Of a stretch of 64,000 nt of DNA, positions 1 through 8,757 are shown piece after piece; the first letter of the stretch is position 1, and every line of letters starts with the position of its first letter. Under the pieces are notes generated by a model that was given only the letters and a program-made list of their open reading frames with translations, was not told the DNA's origin and searched no databases. This DNA is from a virus: the IMG/VR virus record IMGVR_UViG_3300023116_000009, positions 122,088 to 186,087 of that record, one strand, 5' to 3'. Made by a program: the position numbers and the translations under genes.

Positions 1-1
1 T

Positions 2-1423
2 GGAGCTGAGGTTTGCTGCAGCAGCAGGATCAGCATCAGCGAGGTGGGAATCATAACCCTTAGCGAATGGGTTCAGGACCATGCCATAGCGGGTCTTGAA
101 TCCGATACGTGGCTGGAAGTCATCCTGACCAACGCTACGTACCATCTGCAGAGGTACATATGGGCAGTAGAACATACCAGCGTCATAAGGTGAAGTACCC
201 TTATAACCGATGACGTAGTACTGGTTGCCTGACTGACCCGAAGCAGCAGAACCACCACGGGTGATGGTTGCATAAGGATCGATATAGACGCGATAGCGAC
301 CGTTCAGAACACCAGCGAAGGTGTTACCAGTTTCGTCAACTGCAAGGCGGTTGTTGCCTTCCAGAGCAGGGGTGTAATCAAGTACGCCTGCCATTGCCAG
401 TGCCGAAGCAACGTCAGCAGAGCACATGATCATGTTGCCCTTTCCTCTACGAGTTTCGCGTGCGATTGCGTTCGCATCACGCTCGATTTGGAACAGAAGA
501 CCCTTGAACTTCTCAACCGACCAACGACCATTGGAGTCAACGTCCAGGTCGAAAGTACCAGCGGTAGCGGTATCGTGCTGAGCACCACGCTTAGCGGACT
601 TATAAATGGTACGAACAACTTCGCGGTTGATTTCAGCAAGGATCTCAGAGGACAGAATGTTTGCCAGCTCTGACTCAGCATCAAGACCGTGGATAGCACG
701 CAGGTCTTGTGCGAGTTCGATGCTGTACTCTGCCTTCAGAGCACGTGACTTAGCGGTAACAGCAATCTTTTCGATGCTGAAACCCATCTCACGGAAGTCA
801 GGAGCGTTACCATCGCTATCCAGACCTTCCGAAACTTCAGTGCCCATAGCGCCAGGAGCACCATAGTAACCTTGAACGGTTGCTTCGTTAGAACCAGTGA
901 ATCCGTCGTTCAGAACTGCAGGGTTGTCTCCAGTCAGTGCATCAGCAGCACCAGAAACATCGTTAGCACCCTGAGCACCAGATTGGTTAGGATTAACTTC
1001 GTTGAAGAATGCTTCAGCGTTGGTGGTTGCCTGACCGTCATAACGGGCACGCATTGCGAAGATCAGTCCAGTAGGACCAGACATTGGTTGAACGCCAGCG
1101 AGGTCATATGCGACCAAGTTTGGCATTGAGCGGCGGATCAGTGAGATCAGAACTGGGTCGAAACCAGCAACAGGACCAGCAGCAGTTGCATCAGAACTGA
1201 AACCAGCAACGCCTACACCAGCGCCAGCAGCAGCATTAGAACCAGTGCTCATGGTGGGGATTGCTTCAGACAGGATCTGACGCTCCTCACGGATTACACG
1301 CTCTTGGTTTTCCAGCAGGATGGAAGTGACAGCTCTCTTGTAGTTATCTTCAATCTTAGGAAGATCACCGTGCTCAAGAACAGGTGCCCACTTCTCCTGG
1401 AGTTGTTGGGACATGCCTAACAT
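2..1423 (-). CDS. gp23: Major capsid protein (3' end runs off the window; missing from the ORF track)
   Basis: Hand translation from ATG at 1423 (RBS AGGAGA at 1431-1436): MLGMSQQLQEKWAPVLEHGDLPKIEDNYKRAVTSILLENQE ... FYCPYVPLQMVRSVGQDDFQPRIGFKTRYG, the T4-like capsid signature. It lies directly downstream of gp22. Confidence 0.98.
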   Translation of the reverse strand, partial: MLGMSQQLQEKWAPVLEHGDLPKIEDNYKRAVTSILLENQERVIREERQILSEAIPTMSTGSNAAAGAGVGVAGFSSDATAAGPVAGFDPVLISLIRRSMPNLVAYDLAGVQPMSGPTGLIFAMRARYDGQATTNAEAFFNEVNPNQSGAQGANDVSGAADALTGDNPAVLNDGFTGSNEATVQGYYGAPGAMGTEVSEGLDSDGNAPDFREMGFSIEKIAVTAKSRALKAEYSIELAQDLRAIHGLDAESELANILSSEILAEINREVVRTIYKSAKRGAQHDTATAGTFDLDVDSNGRWSVEKFKGLLFQIERDANAIARETRRGKGNMIMCSADVASALAMAGVLDYTPALEGNNRLAVDETGNTFAGVLNGRYRVYIDPYATITRGGSAASGQSGNQYYVIGYKGTSPYDAGMFYCPYVPLQMVRSVGQDDFQPRIGFKTRYGMVLNPFAKGYDSHLADADPAAAANLSS

Positions 1424-1460
1424 TTGTTTTTCTCCTAGTAAGTAAGTAGTAGTTTAATAA

Positions 1461-2498
1461 TTATTTCCAACGGGAAATTGCCTGTACATAGGCAGCCATT
1501 GGACCCTCTACGGGCGATGCAACTTCACCAGTTGCAATGTCTTCCTTCAGTTCAACTTTTGCCTTGGGGAAATAAGATTCCTTGATGGTTTCGAGTTTGG
1601 ACTTAAAGGACTCCTCGGTTTCGAATTCAACACCTTCTGCGAGTGAAGCGAACTTCTCTGCTTGGGTGTCAGCGAGACCTTTGGAAACTTCAGCAACAAT
1701 CGATTCCTTTACAAAGGTCTTGATTGTGCCATTGAGTGACATATTGGTTTCAATCTGCTCATTGAGCTTTGCTTCCATCTCATCAAGTTTGTCTGTCATC
1801 TCTTGCATAACATCATATTTTTCTTCAGGGAGTTGTACATAATTTTCTTCAAAAAGATTCTTCATGCCGTCCATGAAGGACTGCATCATCTCAAGTTTAA
1901 TGCCGTTGTGGAGTTCGATTTCATTCTCTTTCTTCCACTCTTCAGCAACATAGGTGAGGAACTTGTCCATCTTCTCAGCAAGTTCCGACTTAACGGTTTC
2001 GACTTGCTCAGTAAGACGTGCCTCGTAGGACTCTTCAATCTTCTTGGTCTCTTCAGCAAGTTTCGACTTGACTGCTGCCTCAAAGATTGTCTTGGTCTTT
2101 TCTTTAAATTCTTCGGAGAGTTCTTCGCCAGTCAGAAGTGCTTTAACATCCTCTTCAACACTGAACGCTTCAGTTTCAGTAGTTTCTGCAACTACTTCTT
2201 CTGTGGTCTCTTCTTCTTCCTTCAGTTTGCCAGGTGCTGCATCGCCTGGTTTAGCAGATTTGGTTACGTGACCATCGCTAACCTTTGATGTGCCCTTATT
2301 GGCAATCTTAGCAGAATCATTATCCTGCTTGTAATTCTGATTTGTAGGACCGCCGAGATTATCCTTAGCGGTGTCTTGAGGACCAGGAATAGATGCAGCA
2401 ACCATGCCGTCTGCCCCTTTGGCACCATCAGTTGGCGCTTTTTCCTCAAGAGTTTCTTCTACGAAGGTTTCAAATTTCTGGTCAACTGATGCTGACAT
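1461..2498 (-). CDS. gp22: Prohead core scaffolding protein
   Basis: Acidic coiled-coil with LTGEELSEEFKEKTKTIFEAAV and C-terminal MAAYVQAISRW; lies between gp21 and gp23. Confidence 0.95.
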   Translation of the reverse strand: MSASVDQKFETFVEETLEEKAPTDGAKGADGMVAASIPGPQDTAKDNLGGPTNQNYKQDNDSAKIANKGTSKVSDGHVTKSAKPGDAAPGKLKEEEETTEEVVAETTETEAFSVEEDVKALLTGEELSEEFKEKTKTIFEAAVKSKLAEETKKIEESYEARLTEQVETVKSELAEKMDKFLTYVAEEWKKENEIELHNGIKLEMMQSFMDGMKNLFEENYVQLPEEKYDVMQEMTDKLDEMEAKLNEQIETNMSLNGTIKTFVKESIVAEVSKGLADTQAEKFASLAEGVEFETEESFKSKLETIKESYFPKAKVELKEDIATGEVASPVEGPMAAYVQAISRWK

Positions 2499-2541
2499 GT
2501 GCTAGTTCTCCTTAATATAATCTGTTGTATTTGCTATAAGT

Positions 2542-2549
2542 TATTTATA
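2542..2549 (-). promoter_or_regulatory. T4-type late promoter TATAAATA (gp22/gp23)
   Basis: Perfect consensus about 45 nt upstream of the gp22 start. Confidence 0.85.
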
Positions 2550-2551
2550 AA

Positions 2552-3196
2552 TTATAATCCTTTTAAGAATTTTTCAAACGCGGAAACTTTGCGCTCCTGA
2601 AGGTTATGCCAAGTTGCTGCGTCTAATTCTTTCTTAATTGAACTGATATGGCGCTCTGTAAGAATGCCATTGTTCCATACCCATTCTTTTCCTTCCATAA
2701 TACCTTCAACAAAAGCATCAGGTGCAGAAGGATCTGCTACAATATCAGCAGCAGTTGCAAGCATGAAATCATCACGGACATAATTTACTCCGCTTTTTTC
2801 TTGAAGCGAACCAACTCCTCTGGACGAAACTCCTAACTTAACTCCTTCATCGATTAAAGATTTTGCAATCTTACCCATAGGGGTATCGAGAATTTTTGCT
2901 TTCCCAATAAAATTAGATCCTTCTTTTTGAAGAGAAACAATTTTATGAGATACGCGATCTAAGTTTACAGTCGGACCTTCAGGGTGACCAAGTTCACCGA
3001 GAGCACGATCTTTAGAAATGTAAGATTCAGTATATCTTTGAACTTCTTTTTCAAGAACGTTCATTGGATACACTCTTCCATTTCTATTTTTAATGTCAGA
3101 TTGCAAGAAGATACCCTCAATGAAGTGATTCTTTTTAGAACCATTTTCTTCAATGAGAAATTCTACTGCTTCAATCTGTTCCGTGATCAGTTTCAT
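2552..3196 (-). CDS. gp21: Prohead core protease
   Basis: MKLITE start, IEGIFLQ..KNRNGRVYP, ALGELGHP, GVSSRGVGSL, DIVADPSAPDAFV. Confidence 0.98.
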   Translation of the reverse strand: MKLITEQIEAVEFLIEENGSKKNHFIEGIFLQSDIKNRNGRVYPMNVLEKEVQRYTESYISKDRALGELGHPEGPTVNLDRVSHKIVSLQKEGSNFIGKAKILDTPMGKIAKSLIDEGVKLGVSSRGVGSLQEKSGVNYVRDDFMLATAADIVADPSAPDAFVEGIMEGKEWVWNNGILTERHISSIKKELDAATWHNLQERKVSAFEKFLKGL

Positions 3197-3368
3197 CTTC
3201 GGTCTGTTCGGGTTCGTTTTCTAAATGGTTGAACATGTTAGCGCCAACCTTTTCTTTTTCAAGAGTAAGGATTTGCGCTGCTTTGTTCATAATCATATCT
3301 TTCACAGCATCAGAAGCATCAGAAAGTTGATCCTTCATAATCATATCAACAATTTTGGTTGGTTCCAT
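3171..3368 (-). CDS. Small acidic protein between portal and protease (position of T4 gp67/gp68 core proteins)
   Basis: 65 aa with its own late promoter. Assignment rests on position only. Confidence 0.65.
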   Translation of the reverse strand: MEPTKIVDMIMKDQLSDASDAVKDMIMNKAAQILTLEKEKVGANMFNHLENEPEQTEDETDHGTD

Positions 3369-3381
3369 GATCTAACCTCTA

Positions 3382-4992
3382 TTATTTAGTGTTTGAATTT
3401 CCTGACGTTTTAGGTGCAGGAGGATTTTTCATTTGGTCAATCTGAACCTTCTTAGTTTCCATATCCAGTTCAGCGGATTGCTTTTCTTGAGCAACCGTAT
3501 CAAGAGGATCAATAACTTGACCCGCCTTAATCTCATTATTTATCTGCTCTCTCATTTCTTCAATTTCTTGCTCAGTAAACTGCAGCAGTTGACGCATTAC
3601 ATATTCTTGAGAGAAGTATTTACCAACATAGAGATCTAGTTTATCCAGAACATCCATTTTGGTTTGAAGCATCTCCAGTTGTGCCATTTCAGCAAACTGA
3701 TTATCATAAAGATAATCATACTGAATGTGCTCTTTCATTTCTTCCCAATCTTCAGGTGCAATGATACCTTTGAGGATCAGTTGAGTTTTGAGAAGATCAT
3801 GGAGTAAATCAGAGAACTTCTTACGGAGACGACCGACAAACTTTGTAAATTTAATCTCATCTCTATTGATCTCTTCTGATTTACCGAGATCAAATGACTT
3901 GTCGCTCTCCAATCTTGAAGGAGGAACGCCAAGTGCTTTGTAGAGTTGAGTTTGGAAATACTTAATGTCAGTCAGTTCTCCAAGATTCTGACCGCCAGGC
4001 AGAGTGGTAATTTCTGTACCACGACCACCTTCACGACGAGGTAACCAGAAATCTTCAAGCATACTCATATGCTTTTTGTCATCACGGATCTCTCCAGTAT
4101 TGGAGTCATATACCATCTTATTTCTATAGCGTGACATCACATCACGCAGGTATTGTTCCGCTTTAATCTTAGGAAGATTGCCAACGTCAATATAGAAAAT
4201 ACGACGCTCAGGTGCTCTTGACAAACGATAGATAACAATGCTGTCCTCAAGCATTCTCAACTGGTTGAGATATTTAATTGCTTTGTGAAGATAACTCAGG
4301 GTCATGTTTCTACCCTGGTCAGTTATTCCAGACGCTACATGTGAAATAGCATCCTTTGCAATTTTAATTCCTTGGTTAGTATTGTTTACTCCTTTGGCAT
4401 TATATACATAAAACTCTGTGACTTTTCCGTAGTCATACTTGTTAAATTGATCTGCATCAACTGGAGGTTTTTCTACCAGACGTACCTTCTTAATTTTAAG
4501 AGGATCAATATAACGGAGTTCTAGTAGACCCTTAGATGGATCTTCTAAATCAATAACTTTATGATAGAATAATCTGCCATCGACGTACCAACGTCTAAAG
4601 ATCTGATGAGCAGATTTATCAAAATCAAGAAGACGTTTGATATGATCAAACTCTTCTCTCATTCTATTTTTAATTGATTCTGATACTTCCAGATTAGACA
4701 GTTCTAATTCTACTGGACTATCATCTTGATCAGTAACAATTGCTTCGTTTGTAATATCTTCAATAGCACTATCAACTTCTGGTTGTAATGCCATTTCTCT
4801 ATAGCGTCTAATGAGATTGATCTCATCACGCTTCTTAGTATCATCAAGATCTACATAATGACCAAACCATCCACCATATGGAGTAATGGTGGATGATGCA
4901 TCATTGTCAGTAGGTGGAACAGGGGACGTGGCTGCCCTCGCCCCCTTCTTGAGATCTTCATCTTTAATTGAAAATCCAAATAGTTGCGCCAT
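3382..4992 (-). CDS. gp20: Portal vertex protein
   Basis: LFGFSI start, RRWYVDGR, YRLSRAPERRIFYIDVGNLPK.KAEQY, MLEDFWLPRREGGRGTEITTLPGGQNL. Confidence 0.99.
   Translation of the reverse strand: MAQLFGFSIKDEDLKKGARAATSPVPPTDNDASSTITPYGGWFGHYVDLDDTKKRDEINLIRRYREMALQPEVDSAIEDITNEAIVTDQDDSPVELELSNLEVSESIKNRMREEFDHIKRLLDFDKSAHQIFRRWYVDGRLFYHKVIDLEDPSKGLLELRYIDPLKIKKVRLVEKPPVDADQFNKYDYGKVTEFYVYNAKGVNNTNQGIKIAKDAISHVASGITDQGRNMTLSYLHKAIKYLNQLRMLEDSIVIYRLSRAPERRIFYIDVGNLPKIKAEQYLRDVMSRYRNKMVYDSNTGEIRDDKKHMSMLEDFWLPRREGGRGTEITTLPGGQNLGELTDIKYFQTQLYKALGVPPSRLESDKSFDLGKSEEINRDEIKFTKFVGRLRKKFSDLLHDLLKTQLILKGIIAPEDWEEMKEHIQYDYLYDNQFAEMAQLEMLQTKMDVLDKLDLYVGKYFSQEYVMRQLLQFTEQEIEEMREQINNEIKAGQVIDPLDTVAQEKQSAELDMETKKVQIDQMKNPPAPKTSGNSNTK
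3383..3389 (-). promoter_or_regulatory. Late promoter CTAAATA
   Basis: Overlaps the gp20 stop, 15 nt upstream of the 65-aa ORF. Confidence 0.7.
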
Positions 4993-5021
4993 TCCAAATA
5001 TAGAGTATTAACCGTTGCTAC

Positions 5022-5028
5022 TATTTAG
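5022..5028 (-). promoter_or_regulatory. Late promoter CTAAATA (gp20)
   Basis: Intergenic, 30 nt upstream of gp20. Confidence 0.75.
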
Positions 5029-5039
5029 ACGATTTAAAA

Positions 5040-5654
5040 TCAAGCACCTACGGACTGACTTGTAAGGTCGCCACTTCCAACAGAGAAGTTCTTACCGCCT
5101 ACATCCATATACTGATATTGGAACTCAACGTCAAACTCTTCAATCTGATCGTTGCTATCATAAGCAAGGTTAATTGCACCAACATTAGTTGGCCAAGCAC
5201 CAACTAATCTGTACTCTCTAAGTACATCTGTGGTTGCATCCTTTGCTTTTTGTTGAACAATCATGTCACAGAAATAGTTTCCGTTTCCACCGATTGCACC
5301 AAAATCTAATGTACCAATGTTTTCATCAGTTTTGTTACCAGCGTTAATCCACAACTCAAATGCTTTTCTGAGATTGAAATCTTTTGTGTTGTAGAATGTT
5401 GCTGTCCATGCTTCAAAGGTTCTATCACCAGGGATCTTCAGGAAGCGTCCTCTGAAAGGAACTTCAATTAATCCCTGAGTGCTAGCAGGAAGTTGTGCTG
5501 ATCTGCACAGGAACGAAGATTGATCCTGCAAAGTGTTACCGCCAACAGCAGTAACAATTTCACCAGGGAAATTGATAACTACGTTGAACAGGTTGGGGCG
5601 GACGCCGCCCCTTAAAGTATTTTTAAAATCTTCGATTTTGCGTGTTGCTGCCAT
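5040..5654 (-). CDS. gp19: Tail tube protein
   Basis: GGVRPNLF, IEVPFRGRFLKIPGDRTFEAWT, AWPTNVGAINL, IEEFDVEFQYQY. Confidence 0.97.
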   Translation of the reverse strand: MAATRKIEDFKNTLRGGVRPNLFNVVINFPGEIVTAVGGNTLQDQSSFLCRSAQLPASTQGLIEVPFRGRFLKIPGDRTFEAWTATFYNTKDFNLRKAFELWINAGNKTDENIGTLDFGAIGGNGNYFCDMIVQQKAKDATTDVLREYRLVGAWPTNVGAINLAYDSNDQIEEFDVEFQYQYMDVGGKNFSVGSGDLTSQSVGA

Positions 5655-5676
5655 TTTTTTAAGTTCTCCCGTTGTT

Positions 5677-5683
5677 TATTTAG
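5677..5683 (-). promoter_or_regulatory. Late promoter CTAAATA (gp19)
   Basis: Intergenic, followed by RBS GGGAG and the gp19 start. Confidence 0.75.
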
Positions 5684-5696
5684 TAACTACCAATGA

Positions 5697-8444
5697 TCAT
5701 CTAGCGATGACTTCAGAGAAGTCGATACCAGTTCTAGTAGCAGTAAATGTGAGAGTAATGAAGTTGATAGAACGGGCAGGTTGAATATAAATTTCTGCAA
5801 CAAATTCATTGTTGTCAATGACGTTTGCAGTGTTGTTTGTCTCGTCGCAAACAACTAAGAAGTCGGTGATGCCTCTTCTTGACTGTACATCGCGGAGGAA
5901 TGGTTCAACGATTGCTCTGAAAACACCTCTTGTGGTTTCGTCGTTGATTTCAAACAGTTGTGCTTTTGCTGCTTCCTCAATTGCTCTCTCAACAACAAGG
6001 AACAGTTTGCGAACGTTAATTCTATCAAACGCCGATGGAGTTGACAGTGCTGTCTTATCACCAAAGAGAACTGCACCTTGACCTGGGAAGGTTACGATAG
6101 GATTGATTCTATTCGCATAGAGTTCATCTCTATCTGCTTTGCCTGGATTCCAAGCAAGTTTTGCCAGATTGCGGATACCACCTCTAGAGAAACCAGCAGG
6201 TGAGAACCATGCTTCATTTCTAATAGTAGTATCTGCGACAAGACCAGCAACGTCGGTATTGCAAGGAATATACTTATAAACGTCGTTCCAACGATCATAA
6301 ACATACTTGTAATTTCCATCAATGACAAGATATGAATTGCTAGCAACATCTGAGAAGAAGTCCTTCAGGTTTCTAGTAATTTGAGAACTTGCGATTTGAG
6401 TTCCGTCAGCAGAAACAATATTTGAAATATGTGCAGAACCGAATGCAATACAGTCCTTTCTCTCAGCAGCAATAGATGCAATCTTATTCAGTTTTGATTT
6501 GGTGTCCTCTTCAGTCAAACCTGAAGGACCCATCAGAATATAATCAATAGTGATGTTTTCTACATCTCTAAAGATATCGTATCCAGCGTTCAGATCTCCA
6601 ACTGAAACCTCATATCCACTACCAGTGCTTGAGTAGTTTACGCCATTTGCAAGAGCGTATGATTTTGTACCTTTTGGTTTAAATCCTAATGGCGCTGTCT
6701 TTGTTTGATATTCATACAGAGTGTCTCCTGCATAAACATAAGCAGAACCTTCGGAAACAATTCTCTTATAGAAGTTTGCTCCGCCCTGTGCTCCTCTACC
6801 ATCAGTTGCTTTAGAAGCATATCTGAAAGTTTCGAGAACAGTATCTTTAGCACCACTTACAGTTCCATCTACGTCAACGATTGCAACGTGAACTGCATCA
6901 TAGACATTCATAGAACCATAGAACTCTTCTCCGTCTGCAGTTGCTTTTGGTCTTGCGGCAACAGAATTCCACTTAACAGATGAACCAGGATAGAGACGTG
7001 CCTCTAAGTACCACTCTTCACCATTGGATACACTTTCAACAACGCTAGTTCCTGAAGTACCAATGGTTACTGAATCTGCAGCAGCAAACAGTTGACCAGC
7101 AGATGGTGTGTTAACATAAGAGTCATCTGCTACATCTAAAATTACAATATGTACCAGAGTTTGACCAGCAGCATTTGCTCCTACTTCAAGAACCTCTCCT
7201 TTCTTTTGACCAACACTTACAAAATCTCCAGATGCAATATTTGAAGCAGTACCAGGAGAACCTGCAGTAAGGGTCAATGTTTGTTGAGGACCGTAGTCAA
7301 CGGTGCAAACTCTCAGTCCATTTGCCCAGGTTCCTGCTGTTCTACCTGCATACAACCAACCAGAAGTGTTTCCACTATAGGATGCTTCATAAACTTCGTT
7401 ATTAGCAATCTTGATTGGATCTGCAGAAATAGCTGAAGTTGCTGTTGCAACTACGCCAGGAGGTGGTTCAACTGGGTTTAAGTTTGAGAATCCAGTGTAA
7501 TCACCAAAGTTAGTAACAGTGACACCAGTTACAACACCTGCAGGACTTACATCCAGAGTGCCAGAGAATGGAGTGTTTGCAGTACCACCACTGACGTTCA
7601 ATGTATAAGTTGCTTCGTCATCATAATTTGTACCACCAGAAACAACAGAAACTTCGAGTCCAGTTGGAGCACTAAGTGTGATTGTTGGAGCAGAAGTATA
7701 ATTTTCTCCACCAGTGATTGAGATGGAAGTAACTACACCGTTAGTAATTACTGGAGTAGCAACAACAGTTGCTGGGTCTCCACCACCACCAGTTACGGTG
7801 ACAGTTGGTGCAGATGAATAACCAGAACCACCGTCAGTAACGGTTAAGTTTCCAGTCAATGCACCAGCAGCAACGTTTGCCCCAGACGCAGTTGCCGTTG
7901 CGGTGCTTCCTTGTGCAGCACTTAAAATGCAAGTATCGCCAACAGCAGCAATTGTTACAGCAGGAGCAGATTGATAACCGTTACCAGATTGGGTAACAAC
8001 AATAGCAGTAACTCTTCCTTCTGCATCAAGAACTGCAGTTCCCTGTGCTTGGGTTCCGCCAGCAGGAGGAGCAGCAAAAGTAACTGCAGGAGCAATTACA
8101 TACTTACCATTTGTTTGTGCATTGGTTACTGTTACTGAAGAAACAGAGTTGCCCTGTCTTGCTACAGCGTTTTTGAGGTCGGCATCATCAGCTCTTACAA
8201 CTGAAAGGGTGCCGCCATAGTTTAAATAGTTAACAGCAGAAAGAAAATAATCTGCATTGTACTGATTGGGTTCACCAAATGCAGAGATTAAACCTGCTTC
8301 TGAATCGATGGTAATTGGTGATCCAAGTTCGCCCTTTGCAAAAGGACCAACAAAAGCAGCGACGTTTGCGTTTGCAATACTTGCCCTTCCGTTTGTAAGA
8401 TCCTTTTCTCTAATAACAACGCCTGGTGAGCGTAAAGTTGCCAT
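5697..8444 (-). CDS. gp18: Tail sheath protein with a large inserted repeat region
   Basis: SPGVVIREKDLT, FVGPFAKG, WFSPAGFSRG, RDELYANRINP, SAFDRINVRKLF, PARSINFITLTF. 915 aa versus about 660 aa in T4. Confidence 0.98.
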   Translation of the reverse strand: MATLRSPGVVIREKDLTNGRASIANANVAAFVGPFAKGELGSPITIDSEAGLISAFGEPNQYNADYFLSAVNYLNYGGTLSVVRADDADLKNAVARQGNSVSSVTVTNAQTNGKYVIAPAVTFAAPPAGGTQAQGTAVLDAEGRVTAIVVTQSGNGYQSAPAVTIAAVGDTCILSAAQGSTATATASGANVAAGALTGNLTVTDGGSGYSSAPTVTVTGGGGDPATVVATPVITNGVVTSISITGGENYTSAPTITLSAPTGLEVSVVSGGTNYDDEATYTLNVSGGTANTPFSGTLDVSPAGVVTGVTVTNFGDYTGFSNLNPVEPPPGVVATATSAISADPIKIANNEVYEASYSGNTSGWLYAGRTAGTWANGLRVCTVDYGPQQTLTLTAGSPGTASNIASGDFVSVGQKKGEVLEVGANAAGQTLVHIVILDVADDSYVNTPSAGQLFAAADSVTIGTSGTSVVESVSNGEEWYLEARLYPGSSVKWNSVAARPKATADGEEFYGSMNVYDAVHVAIVDVDGTVSGAKDTVLETFRYASKATDGRGAQGGANFYKRIVSEGSAYVYAGDTLYEYQTKTAPLGFKPKGTKSYALANGVNYSSTGSGYEVSVGDLNAGYDIFRDVENITIDYILMGPSGLTEEDTKSKLNKIASIAAERKDCIAFGSAHISNIVSADGTQIASSQITRNLKDFFSDVASNSYLVIDGNYKYVYDRWNDVYKYIPCNTDVAGLVADTTIRNEAWFSPAGFSRGGIRNLAKLAWNPGKADRDELYANRINPIVTFPGQGAVLFGDKTALSTPSAFDRINVRKLFLVVERAIEEAAKAQLFEINDETTRGVFRAIVEPFLRDVQSRRGITDFLVVCDETNNTANVIDNNEFVAEIYIQPARSINFITLTFTATRTGIDFSEVIAR

Positions 8445-8481
8445 CTGTGTCTCCTAACAAATATGTCGAATTGTCTAAGAT

Positions 8482-8488
8482 TATTTAT
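8482..8488 (-). promoter_or_regulatory. Late promoter ATAAATA (gp18)
   Basis: Intergenic, upstream of RBS AGGAG and gp18. Confidence 0.78.
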
Positions 8489-8529
8489 TATTTCGGCACT
8501 TTCAAATGGGGAAACAATGCATGAACACA

Positions 8530-8757
8530 CTACCAGTCAGGGTATTCCCACCTACCACTGTCCGCTTTTCTAGCATTGAGTATTCGTTTTTTTGTGCATT
8601 GTTTGCACTCATATGAATATGCAGATGGGAATCCTTTTTTGTTTTTACGAACCAAATAAAAATCAGTAAGCAAATCTTTTTCTACACCACATGCTCTACA
8701 TTTTCTTTCATTGAAGAGTAAATGTCCCAGATCAAACTCTTCATCAAATTCCATCAT
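8530..8757 (-). CDS. Small CxxC...CxxC zinc-finger protein of the kind usually labelled putative endonuclease between gp17 and gp18 in cyanophages
   Basis: KCRACGVEKDL..DFY...AYSYECKQC and C-terminal WEYPDW. Likely start at 8757, an ATGA overlap with the gp17 stop. Confidence 0.75.
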   Translation of the reverse strand: MMEFDEEFDLGHLLFNERKCRACGVEKDLLTDFYLVRKNKKGFPSAYSYECKQCTKKRILNARKADSGRWEYPDW

